From Octopus sinensis (taxonomy: Eukaryota): a DNA stretch of 38,895 nt. The DNA is taken from assembly GCF_006345805.1 (NCBI RefSeq), contig NW_021835704.1:1-38895 (forward strand). Direction: 5' to 3'. A model generated the notes under the pieces. That model did no database searches. It was given only the letters and a program-made list of their open reading frames with translations, and was not told where the DNA came from. This document shows, in pieces, positions 13,196 to 24,465 of this stretch (positions within the stretch are counted from its first letter, which is position 1; each line of letters starts with the position of its first letter). The translations under genes and the position numbers were made by a program.

Positions 13196-13527
13196 TGGTA
13201 CCCATCTATTCATTATGATACGGTGACACTTTAACGAAATATGGTAATTACCATGATGAATACTTAGGGGTATGCGGTGGGGTATGTCGTTAATATTGAT
13301 CTCTAATTCGATTGGTACCCTTTATCAGGTATTTTTTACACATTTCTGTCATTAGACTGCGGCCATGCTGGGACACCGCCTTTAAGAACTTTCAGTCGAA
13401 TGAATCCAGCCCACTACTTTTTCTTAAGCTTGGTCTTTATTCTATCGATCTCTTTTGCCGAACCAATAAGTTACGGAGACGTAAGCACACCAACACCGGT
13501 TGTCAAGTGGTGGAGGGAGAAACATAG
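13196..13527 (-). repeat. Right arm of long inverted repeat
   Basis: Reverse complement of 10952-11286 with about 7 substitutions and one 2-nt indel. Confidence 0.95.
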
Positions 13528-13594
13528 ACGCAAAATACAATAATATATATATATATATATAGATAGATATATATATATATATATATATACATAT

Positions 13595-13842
13595 AATATG
13601 TTACATTACTCGGTAGTCAAGATAAAACTCTGAGTTTCAGATGCCGAAGTGGAAATCCACAACACCATCTCTTCGGTTATAGCCAGATAACCGAAGAGAT
13701 AGTGTTGTGGATTTCCACTTCGGCATCTGAAACAGAGTTTTATCTTGACTACCGAGTAATGTAACATATTGTATGGATAAATTTCCTCTATTTACATAAT
13801 ATTGAGGTCTCTTCTTTCTTTTGTTATCTTACCGTTTTATCA

Positions 13843-13844
<2 letters not shown>
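13595..13844 (+). mobile_element. Fold-back PLE-pLTR-like element A in (TA)n
   Basis: ~86-bp near-perfect arms (13595-13680 and 13687-13770) with a 6-nt loop, a T-rich tail, and (TA)n on both sides. Confidence 0.8.
13685..13745 (+). ncRNA. Hammerhead-like motif (core CCGAAGA), mirrored on the minus strand in the left arm
   Basis: AGATAA-CCGAAGA-GAT(A/G)...CATC-T-GAAAC-aga-GTT-TTATCT with a 6-bp stem I. The left-arm copy has GATG/CATC stem II and AACTC-A-GAGTT stem III. Confidence 0.65.
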
Positions 13845-13889
<45 letters not shown>

Positions 13890-13894
<5 letters not shown>

Positions 13895-14275
13895 AAAATA
13901 TGAAAATGGAGAAACAATTTAGTTTGTTCATCAACTTTCGGATATTATAATGTTCGATTATTTATTCATTTAACAAAATGAGAACCTTAATAGCATACAT
14001 ATATATCTTATAATTCAATACATATAAGATAAGAATACAAATTATAAAAATCATAATAGAAATTATTGAATTCATTAAAATCACTTCTTACAGCTGTTTC
14101 AGCCTATGGTTAAAAGTAGTTATTTTTATTTCTATTGCCTATAGTTGTCAATTATTTTGAGGTTGTAGGCATTTAAAAATAGGGTACTTATATATATAAC
14201 CATAGGCCTCCTCGGAGATTATAAAGAACTTTAAAAATATTAATACATGAAACAGGATACACTTATAATTTAATA
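13890..14275 (-). mobile_element. Decayed PLE pLTR remnant with hammerhead 3' half
   Basis: Minus-strand GAAAC-AGCT-GTA at 14089-14100; the 5' core is degenerate (TTGACAA). Confidence 0.45.
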
Positions 14276-14279
14276 CATA

Positions 14280-14395
14280 AATCCACTCGCAAGTCTTTGG
14301 TTGGCGCATGACTATAGTAGAAGATTCCACACAGTGGGTCTGAACCAGGAATCATGTGGTTGAGAAACATCTTGCCACAAGCCGTGCCTACGCCT
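14280..14395 (-). mobile_element. tRNA-derived SINE 5' fragment
   Basis: Reverse complement of the GGCGT..GGCTGTGTGG / GGTTCAG head seen at 25455 and 26036. Confidence 0.7.
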
Positions 14396-15129
14396 ATGTT
14401 AATTTATCTATGAGGATAAGCTAATTAATTCCAGTTGGATTTGAACTTAGGCTGTATGAAGTAGTACCTAAACACCACACATCATTTTGTCTTAACATAC
14501 AAGCGGTTTTGCCAATCCAGCACATTAAAATGTAATAAAATTTTCTGATAATTCTGCCGTACCCTCCGGAGGAATAGGGGTCTAATGAGAAAAAAAAAAC
14601 ATAAAAACATAAACATTAGTTTTGTGAGGTTATTGCAGTTTTGTAGGGAATCTATTTCTGGTTTCGTTTTTGTATTTGGTTTGCTGAAGGAAACCTGGAG
14701 TAAGAGAGAAAATCATTGGTGATGAGTCGAATGTCGACGAAATCACTTGGATGAAACTAGCTGACAGATTAGCCGATCGATTGTTTAAACACTCGATTAG
14801 TCCATTGGTTAAATAGTTAACCGATTGACTAATAAGAATAAAGAAGTGAATTATAATCTGTGCGTGTATTTATTATTGGCATAATGGTCCACCCAAAATA
14901 CTATGAAATCTTTTTGTTTCCTTTTTCTACCATTGAACTCGATGCCAGCGTTTTGCAACAAATTTCCTATTGATGGGGCTCCACGGAAGTGAGAAAATGG
15001 AACGTATTCCGAAAGGCATCTCACTAAACACTCCCACAATTCCACACATCTGTTGTTCTTGGCTGGTACTTTATTTATCGAATCTTTTTCCATTTCTTAA
15101 TGCGCCAGAGGAAGTGGAATAGCCTATGC

Positions 15130-15850
15130 TCTTCGCATACTCTGCCAAGATTGATGCTGTAAATGTTCCTCTTAAACCTTTGTATGTCAATATCTGTTGG
15201 AAAGATTACTACAAGGAGAGAATTCCGGAGGGACAAAGTTCTGGAATGAAAGGACTAGATGTAGAGATAAATGAGAGGACGGGGTGGGATGTTGGGTACA
15301 ACAAGGATGATGAAGAGCGAAGAGATGCGTACGACTGGGATGCTTGTGTATGGATATGAGCAGAAAGCATTATAGCAAGGATACAAAAGGAAAAGAAAGG
15401 AGACAGAATGTATGTGGGTCGGACGTTGTTGTAGGTTTGTGAGTGATCTATGCTATTCAGTCGTGTGGCCCATTTTTGGATACAAGTTAGGACGCCCGAG
15501 TGTGCAACAGCAGTAACATTCCAGATATGGATAGAATTTATCAAAGAATATTCAAAGAAGAAGACAAAATTCCCCAGCGTCACGGCAGAGCCAGGGTCTA
15601 TGTGCTCAGAAGGAAACAAAAATATGAAGCCTTAAACGATTTATGGTACGAAAGGGAATGCTTGATGGGGAAAAGCATATAAAACTATGAGCCTGCTTTC
15701 GGAAGTTGGAGAGAAAGCAAAACTGCAAGATGAAATGATGTGCTACATAGCTGCCCATAAGCAGATTTCGCAGTACATCGCAGTACATTTGACATGTGGC
15801 TCACAGCAAGGACACTGGGGGTGGATGATCTAGATCTTTAGTTTGTTGGT
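15130..15850 (-). mobile_element. Decayed CR1/L2-like LINE reverse transcriptase C-terminus
   Basis: Minus-strand SIHIWNV..VLTCIQKWATRL and SRTLSLRNSLLVVIFPTDIDIQRFKRNIYSINL match the typical CR1/L2 ORF2 end. Confidence 0.7.
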
Positions 15851-16264
15851 GACTGCTGAGCGTCTTAAATGATATGTGGAGTCTGTATGGACATGATTGC
15901 CCTGATATCCACCTATCTACCACAGAAACTGATTGTACACAATTACCTTAACAACTCTAGCATCAACAACTACATTAATAGCAGTAACGAAATAAATGTA
16001 TAAAGAAAATACCTAATCGCACTTAACGAACAAATTTCCCGGGGAAAATGATACAAATGAGTCCAAAGTCACAGATTTTAATTAATCCAGCTGTCTCAAT
16101 AAGCACCAGTTTAACCACCTCATTGCGTGAGTAATAAATATTTTCTAGCGAGTGAGATAAATTTATAAACAGAGATCACAGCCAGATAGGCATATTTCGC
16201 CTCGCAATGGAGATATATCCTGTACATAAACAATAGAGTTGTCGTGAGATCACCATGGATGATG

Positions 16265-16304
16265 AGATCGACTAGTTTCGGTTCTTATGAAATCATCAGT
16301 ATTT
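16265..16304 (-). ncRNA. Minimal hammerhead motif with intact core and eroded stems
   Basis: Minus strand: AAATA-CTGATGA-TTTC ataa GAAC-C-GAAAC-TA-GTC-GATCT; palindromic ACTAGT stem III and a GUC triplet. Confidence 0.7.
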
Positions 16305-17579
16305 ACTGCTAGAGGATTGTGGTGATGGTACATATGAGTATAGTAAAATCATAAAGAATATTTGGATCGAGGTTTCGAACAGTCACCCCGGCTGCTTAGA
16401 ATGCTGTGGTTGGTTAAACAGCCCCTGTGATTGGCTAAACCACAGCGTCTCTTCCTTAAACGTATATATGTTTGTATTTCTCTGGTTTCCTCTTAAAATA
16501 CTTTGCCTGTTCCAGCCTCTTGACTATGACAATGCTAGGACACTGCAAATTTAATCACAAACACGCTGTGTCGGTACCTCGTTTAAAGAATTTAAAGAAT
16601 ATCGCTCAAAGACAAATAAAAATAGAACACGAAAACGATATTCTATATAATCTCAGTGATATCTTCTGCAGTACGTTGACTTGCTGTTTATCTCAATTAT
16701 AAACATTAACTTTCATTTTGTTTATAACCATGTTTTCATAAATAACTCATGGAACTATTTCTTAAATAATAAGAGAAGCATAAAATTACACAAACACTTA
16801 AAAAATATTAAACAGATAAATCGAATTCTTTAATAATTTATTTACAGAGATGGATGGACAAAATTGACCTCTGAGGGCCAAACGCATTCCAGAATTCTTA
16901 TCCCATCACACATATACATACAAACACATACACACATACACACAAACACACATACAAACATAAACACACAAATGCATACCTGCATACACACAAACATGAA
17001 CAGAAATATACACACAAATAGACATACTTACAAACGCACAAATATACACACAAATAGACATACATACAAACGCACATACTTGCACACAAAAACATACACA
17101 CGAACATACTCACAAGCGCATACACGCATACACACAAACATGCACAAAAATCCATGAACTCACAAAAAAAACCCACATAAACACTAGGCATACACACAAG
17201 CACAAACACACATCTGTATGATGAAAATGATGGAGTGGAGAAAATTTAAGATTGGAATTGTAGAAATTTATAATATACACCGTAATCTCAACTAAAATAT
17301 CATATGTCTTTCAAATTATGGCTGATTTTGTGTGCCTATATGTGTTTGTATACGTGTGCTTGTATGTGTTTGTAAGTCTGAGTGTGTGTGTGTGTTGTGA
17401 ATGAGTACGTTTGTGTGAGCCTGGACACATTATATTATATGCGGACACGTCACGAATGTTCATTAGAAACCTCGTGTTTGTGTATGCGTCTTTCTTCAGA
17501 AAATACACGCGCGCACACACACACACACACTAACATATAGTCACACACAAACAGATGTAGATATAGATAGATGGATTTA

Positions 17580-17646
<67 letters not shown>

Positions 17647-17647
<1 letters not shown>

Positions 17648-17726
17648 AAAATACAAACACATGTAAATATATACACACATATATAAAAACATATGAATAC
17701 GCATACATATATACATACATGCATAA

Positions 17727-17792
<66 letters not shown>

Positions 17793-18015
17793 TATAAAAT
17801 ACAAACATGTAAATATATACACACATATATAAAAACATATGAATACGCATACATATATACATACATGCATAATACACATACACACACACCACACACCACA
17901 CACCACACCACACACAACATATATATATATATATATAATAAAATACAAACATGTAAATATATACACACATATATAAAACATATGAATACGCATACATATA
18001 TACATACATGCATAA

Positions 18016-18068
<53 letters not shown>

Positions 18069-18150
18069 AAAAAATACAAACATGTAAATATATACACACA
18101 TATATAAAAACATATGAATACGCATACATATATACATACATGCATAAATA
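17647..18150. repeat. Minisatellite of four ~130-150 bp units
   Basis: The ~80-bp core AAAATACAAACATGTAAATATATACACACATATATAAAACATATGAATACGCATAC... starts at about 17647, 17796, 17940 and 18071. Confidence 0.9.
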
Positions 18151-18155
18151 TATAT

Positions 18156-18187
<32 letters not shown>

Positions 18188-18679
18188 GCATGCAAACTGG
18201 CAGACAGACAGGCAGAAAGACAGACAGACACACACATACACACACACAAACACACTTACAAACACACATGCGCACACACGCATCAAGCTAAAACTTGTTA
18301 AATACGAAAGCGAACGAAAGGTTTATTTGTTTCCTGTTGTGTTTTTGTTATTCTTTTCTATAAAATACGTAAAGATAGTTATTTCGTGTAATTTACAAAA
18401 TCTGTTTGGCGTTTTTCTTTAGATTATTCTAAAATTCTTATAGTTTACATTCCTATAACTATTCCCGAATAAGTTTTGTATTTATCAATAATTACGTCTA
18501 CATTTAGGACTAGATTAAGCATTAAATCAAATATGTGTACGCTTAGGGCCCCAAGGGAAAAAAGATGTCTTCGCGTAGTTGATTATAATATCCGGACTCC
18601 CATAGAGTAAAGAGTGCAGCTGAACAAGGGTCTGCGAAAATGATGCCCGCAATTATGAAGTCTGCGCACCCCCAAATCC

Positions 18680-18680
18680 A

Positions 18681-18740
<60 letters not shown>

Positions 18741-18902
18741 CGGAGTAAGTATATAAATGCGAAACAAGGTGGAAAAAAATAGTACTCGAATAACAGAGGT
18801 AAAACTCCGAGTAACAGTTTTTGTGATATTTAAACTGCTTTTCAATAAAGTATTATATATATATATACACACATATATATATATAATATATATATATATA
18901 AT

Positions 18903-18959
<57 letters not shown>

Positions 18960-19097
18960 CATATATATTATACATACATATATATATATATATATATACA
19001 TAATATATATATACATACATACATATATATATACTATATATATATATACTACATATATATACATAGATATATATATATACATACATATATATATATC

Positions 19098-19155
<58 letters not shown>
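18680..19155. repeat. (TA)n-dominated tract
   Basis: Direct reading. Confidence 0.9.
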
Positions 19156-19470
19156 CACAACAAATATAAGAGAGTGGTCATATATTGCTCACTCTAGCAC
19201 CAGTTAATCCAAAAGGTTTCAACCACGAAGATACATGTTCCCATGAAAGCCAGTACGACTGGGAAACATGTATCTTCGTGGTTGAAACCTTTTGGATTAA
19301 CTGGTGCTAGAGTGAGCATATATTGACCACTCTCTTATATTTGTTTTGTAAAAGTATTGTAATTTTTTAAAAATTATAATAATCCAGGTTTCTCGTAGCA
19401 CTAGGCCACTTGGTGTTGAATAAATATACTATTAAATTAGTATCTAATTCTCTCACCTTCTTAATTAATT
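19155..19470 (+). mobile_element. Fold-back PLE-pLTR-like element B in (TA)n
   Basis: ~85-bp arms at 19160-19243 and 19260-19345. The loop and right arm contain TGA-AAG-CCAGT acg ACTGG-GAAAC-AT-GTA-TCTTCG, a hammerhead lacking its 5' CUGA. Confidence 0.8.
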
Positions 19471-19484
19471 ATATATATATATAT

Positions 19485-19554
<70 letters not shown>

Positions 19555-19555
<1 letters not shown>

Positions 19556-19789
19556 TAAATTATTAGAGAGTTATCCATATGTGGATAACTCTATAAAAAT
19601 AGCTCCGAAGCAACCACAGAAGATCCGCTTCGGAGCTATTTTTAGCACTAGAGTTATCCACATAGTGGATAACTCTCTAATAATTTATGATAAATTTGTA
19701 TTTCCTCCGTAGTTTTTTGTGCTAAGCCACTTGGTGTTAAATTGACGGTATATTAAATAATATCGATTTTCACCCTCATTTATATTTTA

Positions 19790-19790
<1 letters not shown>
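19555..19790 (+). mobile_element. Fold-back element C in (TA)n with nested palindromes
   Basis: Arms at 19557-19611 and 19627-19686; the tail shares GCCACTTGGTGTT and TATTAAAT..TCACC with the element B tail. Confidence 0.7.
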
Positions 19791-20062
<272 letters not shown>

Positions 20063-20068
20063 AGTGAA

Positions 20069-20403
20069 GGCGCATGGCTCAGTGGTTAGAGCGTCGAGCT
20101 TACGATCGTGAGGTTGTGAGCTCGAATCCCGGACCGGCTGCGTGTTGTGTTCTCGAGCAAGGCACTTTATTTCACGTTGCTCCAGTTCACTCAGCTGTAG
20201 AAATGAGCTGCGACGTCACTGGTGCCAAGCTGTATCGACCTTTGTCTTTCCCTTGGATAACACTGGTGGCGTGGAGAGGGGAGGCTGGTATGCATGGGCG
20301 ACTGCTGGTCTTCCATAAACACCTTGCCCGGACTTGTGTCTAGGAGGGTAACTTTCTAGGTGCAATCCCATGGTCATTCATGACCGAAGGGGGTCTTTAC
20401 CTT

Positions 20404-20404
<1 letters not shown>
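20069..20404 (+). mobile_element. Full-length tRNA-derived SINE with CORE-like central domain
   Basis: A box TGGCTCAGTGG, B box GCTCGAATCC, then GTTCTCGAGCAAGGCACTTT...CTCAGCTGTAGAAATG resembling the MIR/CORE domain. Confidence 0.85.
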
Positions 20405-20441
<37 letters not shown>

Positions 20442-20463
20442 CTATATATATATACATATTATA

Positions 20464-20511
<48 letters not shown>

Positions 20512-20532
20512 ATATATATATAATATATATAT

Positions 20533-20827
20533 TGAAGTAATAAATGAATTATCTTATTACGGATAATTCAAATGATAACCGATACCTGGGTAGCAAAAAT
20601 CACAACAGAAAAAGCACGGTTGAAGTTACGACCATGGGGCATAAAATCCTTGCCTTAGTGCGGAAATTTGAAGTTTTATATATTAAGTGTAGGAAAAAAT
20701 GTAGCTGAACGAAGATTTAACAAAATTCCTTTTTATTATTTTCTACTATGTTTCGAAACATATGTAGAAAATAATAAAAAGGAATTTTGTTAAATCTTCG
20801 TTCAGCTCCATTTCTTCCTACACTTAA

Positions 20828-20830
<3 letters not shown>
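20533..20830. mobile_element. Fold-back PLE-pLTR-like element D in (TA)n
   Basis: ~72-bp arms at 20683-20754 and 20755-20827 with no loop, centred on GTTTC|GAAAC, followed by ATAT-GTA (hammerhead 3' half). Confidence 0.75.
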
Positions 20831-20875
<45 letters not shown>

Positions 20876-21292
20876 TATAGACGCACGCCTGGCTGTGTGG
20901 TCAGAAGCTTGCTTCCCAACCACATTGATATCGAAGACCGGTGCTTACCATGCGTTGACGAGAGGCAATTACCTTGAAACTATAGTCCGTATGTAGTACT
21001 CGGGTCTTTGAGGGAGGATGACCTCCCTTTGCAAGTAACACAAGGACACTGAGATAGTGTCTAAAGTCCTTCTGGTGACGTTGATCGCCTGGGGCTAAAA
21101 GCATCAGTAACACCCCCCCCCCTAGTGGCTAGCCACATTCAGATGGCTGATACCCCTTACGTTGTCGAGCGGTTACTTTTTATATCTCGTTCAGAGATTT
21201 ATTATTGTTATATATATATATATGTATATATATACATACATACATATATATGTATGTATATATATATATATGTGTGTGTGTGTATGTATGTA

Positions 21293-21347
<55 letters not shown>

Positions 21348-21359
21348 ACTATATTATTA

Positions 21360-21910
21360 TTGAGTGAGTGAGCATTGCATGCCATCAAAGTGACACTGGG
21401 TAAAATATACGAACCCCAGTATACCCATCATGATTACCTGTCTAATAAGCGTACACTAGGTACATGCATCACAACCAAATGTGTGCGACATGGTGATCTC
21501 ATATCAAGATAAACAGCGCATGACCTTGTAGGTGGGCCCCAGTTAGAATTTTCTTCTGGTCGAGTAGCCCGTCCCACTATAAAGGTCTGTGAATAAGGAT
21601 TGTTTAAGGATGTTGAACGAAACACCCATGTTTCCAGAGGTGAATTATCCAAATCCCAAAGAATCCCTCTCAACACATGGCTATGATGCTCCCCAACTAC
21701 TTCTGCTCATGATCAGAGATGCACATATCATCAGCCACAAAGGGACATGCTCAACCGGTTAAGGTCAAATAACTGACAAGCAAATCTGTGGCATTGAGCA
21801 GAATATTTGCTGTAGCCCCGTCTTTTATACCAAGACAAAACAATGTACAGGATACCACTTCCAATCAGTTAAGATCAGAAGCCACGAGAGCCACTGCCTG
21901 GTACTGCATC
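21360..21910 (-). mobile_element. ~550-bp non-coding interspersed repeat flanked by (TAA)n, possibly a non-autonomous R4/Dong derivative
   Basis: Sharp boundaries against TAA runs on both sides and no ORF homology; recognised from memory as an abundant octopus repeat. Confidence 0.55.
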
Positions 21911-21929
21911 AGGGTATTATTATTATTAT

Positions 21930-22150
21930 TATCATTATTCAGTAGTTTTATTTTTTATAGCGTGCTTTCACTTCACTACCGAGCGCAGCTCTGTGTGCCT
22001 TGGGTATGTGCTGTGATTTGTTGTGATGCTCTGATGGTTATTGTATAGAAAGTGTTCTGCGTAGGATGTGTGCAGTGCCTAGTAGTGCAATTTTCTGTAT
22101 GTTATATGTGTTTGTAAGTCCTGGTGTTTTTGTTATGTATTTGTCTGAAT
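21930..22150 (-). mobile_element. R4/Dong-clade LINE 3' end
   Basis: Minus-strand IKKYSDKYITKTPGLTNTYNIQKIALLGTAHILRRTLSIQ* matches the end of the restriction-like endonuclease domain; embedded in (TAA)n, the known Dong target. Confidence 0.85.
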
Positions 22151-22164
22151 ATTTTTTTATATTC

Positions 22165-22226
<62 letters not shown>
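22147..22226. repeat. (ATT)n microsatellite
   Basis: Direct reading. Confidence 0.97.
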
Positions 22227-22228
<2 letters not shown>

Positions 22229-22369
22229 CGCAGACTTCTGGGAGCAGGGGAGAGAACCAAAGACATGCGACGCTTCCTCTTTCTCAGTATCCACAGCACT
22301 AGAGGCCGACGTGGTGGGTTACACATATGCCAATGAGTCTTCTCTTGGAAAAGGCTGGCTAGAAGCCTC

Positions 22370-23050
22370 TCATCATCATTGTTTGACCGTGGTAGAGACA
22401 ATGGAATTTACTATGTTACACCAGACTTCATGGTCCATAATAGCATTACGGAGGCCCTGTTGCTAGATGCCTGTATCCCTCGGGATTACATCAGGGTAGG
22501 AGAGTGTGCGCCTTCTGGTATCGCGAGTAGATGGTTTCAAGGGGAGAAGAGTAGAAATTACCTCGTTTTCAGCTCTACAACAATGTCCAGCAAACTGGAC
22601 TCTTCTACCTTTCACAAGAGATGACACAGGTGGTAATTTTCCATATATTTGTCCTTTGGTTGGATGACGCTTCTACGAGAGATTTTGAGCTCTCATAAGT
22701 GGGCGAGTGTAAGTTCCATCCAACCGCCTCACAAGCTTCTTTGATAACGTCCAGGTTTCTGAGCCATATAGTAGAATTGGTTGGACTGTGGCTTTGAAGA
22801 TTTTAAGTTTGAAATCTCTACTTAGATCTGATGACCAGATCTTATGCATATCATTACAGGCTGACCAGGACATAACCTTTCTAGTTAGAAAATCTTTTTC
22901 AGATGATATGTATGACCCAAGATATTTGTAATCAGAAACCATATTTAAGAGCGTATTGTTGAGTGTATGGATGATGAAATCACTGTTGGACAGGCACTTG
23001 TTTACATATTCAGTTTTGGACTCTAGAAGCCTTTGGGAGCAGTTCCATAC
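22370..23050 (-). mobile_element. 5'-truncated RTE-type LINE (RT C-terminus to 3' tail)
   Basis: DYKYLGSYIS...ILLYGSETWTLSKK..RLDGTYTR, continuing to RRVQFAGHCCRAENE..., ending in a (TGA)n tail at 22370-22380. Confidence 0.9.
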
Positions 23051-23729
23051 CATTGTCTGCTAGGATGGGAAGGAATGTGTGCTAGGAGAAAGGTTGGAGG
23101 GTAGGAAGAAAGAGGAGCCAAAAAATAAATGTGCCCTGACTAAATACAAGTAAATTAATGGAGGCAATCGGATTGTGTAAATCGAACCCGCATTGAAGAT
23201 GCAGACTACAAGCTATAAACCTGACTCGGTAACAAGCACAATTCACCATTATTTACACGTACTGAGATAAATTAATATACACGGAGAGAGAAATATGTCA
23301 ACGTTAGATGAGAATATCAATAATATGAAGAGTGAGTGAGAGCGCGTATCTTCTCTGCTTTATTTCTCTAATATTTAGTTTCATCTCTAAAGTAAACAGA
23401 AGCGCTCTGTGATTTTCTGCTCAGTTTTCGTCAATATTTCTGAAGTTTTCTCAACACGGAAACCATTTCTATTAGACAATATTGTGTCGTTGGTCTCTAA
23501 ATATTACCAACACCTTAATTATATATCATTTTCACTGCCAACAGAATGTAGGCTAACACCAAAACCTTTCTTCTAAAGTAATTCGCCAATATTCGGGAAT
23601 ATTCTGCAAATAATAACGGAGAATTGGTCTTGAAAACAATTCTTCACAGCAATGAATCAATCTTGCAGTCTATAAAAATAGCCAAATTGTAGAGGGAAGT
23701 CATTTGAAAAAAGTAATTTTCTAACCATT

Positions 23730-24100
23730 TTTCTTGCTTCTTTCCTCGCCAATCTCTCCCTCTCATTATTTCTTACTTCCTCATATTCTCTACCTCACCC
23801 TACTTCCCGTTCTCTCTCATTTTCTCACTTTCTCTACCTCTTCCTTTCTCATTTCCTCTTTCACTCTCGTAAAGTCTATCTTTTACTGCTGCCCTATACC
23901 TCCCATTCTCTCCCCATCTCCTTTTAATTATCGCCCACTCTCACATTGTCTGTTTCTCACTATCTTCCGTCTTCTCCCTCTTCTCTTGTACATTATCTTC
24001 CTCTCCCTGTCTGCCGTCATTCTGTCTTCCTCTCGCAATTTCTGTGAGAAACTTTAACACTTTACCTCACCTTTATCTGCTTGTTCTCCCATTCTTTCAC
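23730..24100. repeat. Polypyrimidine (CT-rich) low-complexity tract
   Basis: Direct reading. Confidence 0.8.
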
Positions 24101-24465
24101 TTTATCACAGAAGATGTTTTATAACAGAAGAGAAACGTGGATAGCATTCCACATGCCGAGACTTGCCAAATACTTCATAACATTTCCACTAAATAATTAC
24201 GGCACAGAAACTACACGCGCACGCACGCACACACACAAGCGTTTAGCAATAAAACTTAGCAACAATTGGTTATCGTAGGCAGTTGGTCTGTTTAAGTTAT
24301 AGAAGTGAAACGCCCAAATTTTCGATTGATTCAAGGCATTTAAGAGTATAAAACCAAGAATATAAAGTCACATAAAATTCATTTGGGCTGAATAGAAAAA
24401 AACAAATAAGGAATAAAAAGAAGAAGAAATAAAAGAAAAACACACAAACAATAATTATACAGTAG

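Noticed and set aside
14719-14746. GTGATGA-GTCG aatgt CGAC-GAAA hammerhead-like core
   Set aside because: Stem II is perfect, but position 3 cannot pair with G8 and there is no stem III, NUH or stem I; it may be just a small hairpin.
14851-15093. 80-aa minus-strand ORF downstream of the LINE remnant
   Set aside because: No recognisable homology or splice context.
16515-16580. Possible 58-nt exon after a polypyrimidine tract; one frame reads PLDYD, cadherin-like
   Set aside because: That frame stops after 12 codons, the donor is weak and no neighbouring exons are evident.
16860-16892. GACCTCTGAGGGCCAAACGCATT, possible hammerhead relic
   Set aside because: Both core segments are too degenerate to call.
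17647-18150. Repeat-spacer layout superficially like CRISPR
   Set aside because: Units are ~80 bp, spacers are microsatellites, the context is eukaryotic and there are no cas genes.
19567-19676. Perfect bacterial DnaA boxes (TTATCCACA) in inverted pairs
   Set aside because: They are by-products of the nested palindrome in an AT-rich eukaryotic repeat; nothing else suggests a bacterial origin.
20069-20135. tRNA gene
   Set aside because: A and B boxes are present, but there is no complete cloverleaf and it continues directly into a SINE body.
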